Shown here: positions 23,761 to 24,000 of the stretch, piece by piece
Layout of the letters: every line of letters starts with the position of its first letter
Numbering within the stretch: position 1 is the stretch's first letter
Assembly: GCF_009857645.1 (NCBI RefSeq)
Contig: NZ_WWCW01000029.1
Source: Duganella vulcania
Lineage (GTDB): Bacteria > Pseudomonadota > Gammaproteobacteria > Burkholderiales > Burkholderiaceae_D
DNA length: 24,000 bases
Strand: one strand, 5' to 3'
The notes under the pieces: generated by a model
What the model was told of the DNA's origin: nothing
What the model saw: only the letters and a program-made list of their open reading frames with translations
The model's database searches: none
Made by a program: the position numbers and the translations under genes

Positions 23761-24000
23761 TCAAGCCGCCTGCTCGGCGGGATTGTGGACGATCACGCAG
23801 TCGCGGCCGGCGTGCTTGGCGGCGTACAGGCAGGAATCGGCGGCGGCCAGCATGGCGGCGGCGTCGCACAGGCGGTGCTTGTCGAAGCTGGCCACGCCGA
23901 TGCTCATCGTCACGTGCGGGCGGGTGGCGGCCGGCGCGTGGGTGATCGCCAGCGCGGCGATGCGGGCGCGGATCGCCTCGGCGTGCTGGGCCGCCTGCTC
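23761..24000 (-). CDS. GGDEF-domain diguanylate cyclase, C-terminal fragment (5' end beyond the window)
   Basis: My own minus-strand translation gives ...AIRARIAALAITHAPAATRPHVTMSIGVASFDKHRLCDAAAMLAAADSCLYAAKHAGRDCVIVHNPAEQAA*. This matches the conserved GGDEF-domain tail (vTmSiGva ... AD.aLY.AK..GRd.v). It is absent from the ORF track because the ORF runs off the window. Confidence 0.8.
   Translation of the reverse strand, partial: EQAAQHAEAIRARIAALAITHAPAATRPHVTMSIGVASFDKHRLCDAAAMLAAADSCLYAAKHAGRDCVIVHNPAEQAA

Noticed and set aside
23663-23764. 33-codon ORF with a TTG start that overlaps the GGDEF stop as TTGA. It encodes ...PPSDWPALPGFVVAAVVIVVLRHRQTRA, a TM helix followed by a basic tail that loosely resembles a sorting signal.
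   Set aside because: It has no SD and a weak TTG start, and there is no PEP-type motif. Short hydrophobic ORFs arise easily by chance in GC-rich DNA. It is not supportable without conservation or ribosome-profiling data.

Overview
High-GC chromosomal segment, about 70% GC in sampled core lines. Gene content looks proteobacterial, possibly beta-proteobacterial, but the taxon cannot be proven from this window. I support about 20 genes.

Left to right:
- A possibly 5'-partial hypothetical gene followed by a GST gene.
- An orphaned BrnA antitoxin whose partner BrnT toxin gene is 5'-truncated.
- A ~2.3 kb low-GC islet (about 2385-4655). It carries a MerR-like regulator and a tightly coupled three-gene operon: a TIGR04255-like protein plus two small proteins I cannot assign to any family.
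- A GcvA-like LysR regulator, divergent from an operon of split glycine-dehydrogenase-like subunits (gcvPA/gcvPB-like) and an ATP-NAD-kinase-like protein.
- A TonB-dependent receptor and a GH63 (YgjK-like) glucosidase.
- A convergent SDR-ebgA-ebgC-YgjI-like permease operon.
- An HscC-type Hsp70 with a membrane partner that has a J-like domain lacking HPD and a TonB-C-like domain.
- The 3' end of a GGDEF gene.

I recognised no rRNA, tRNA, CRISPR array, transposase or integrase.

The best candidate for an undescribed system is the low-GC islet cassette. It has no mobility genes and has clipped both neighbouring genes. Many long ORFs in the supplied track are high-GC shadow frames and were rejected.
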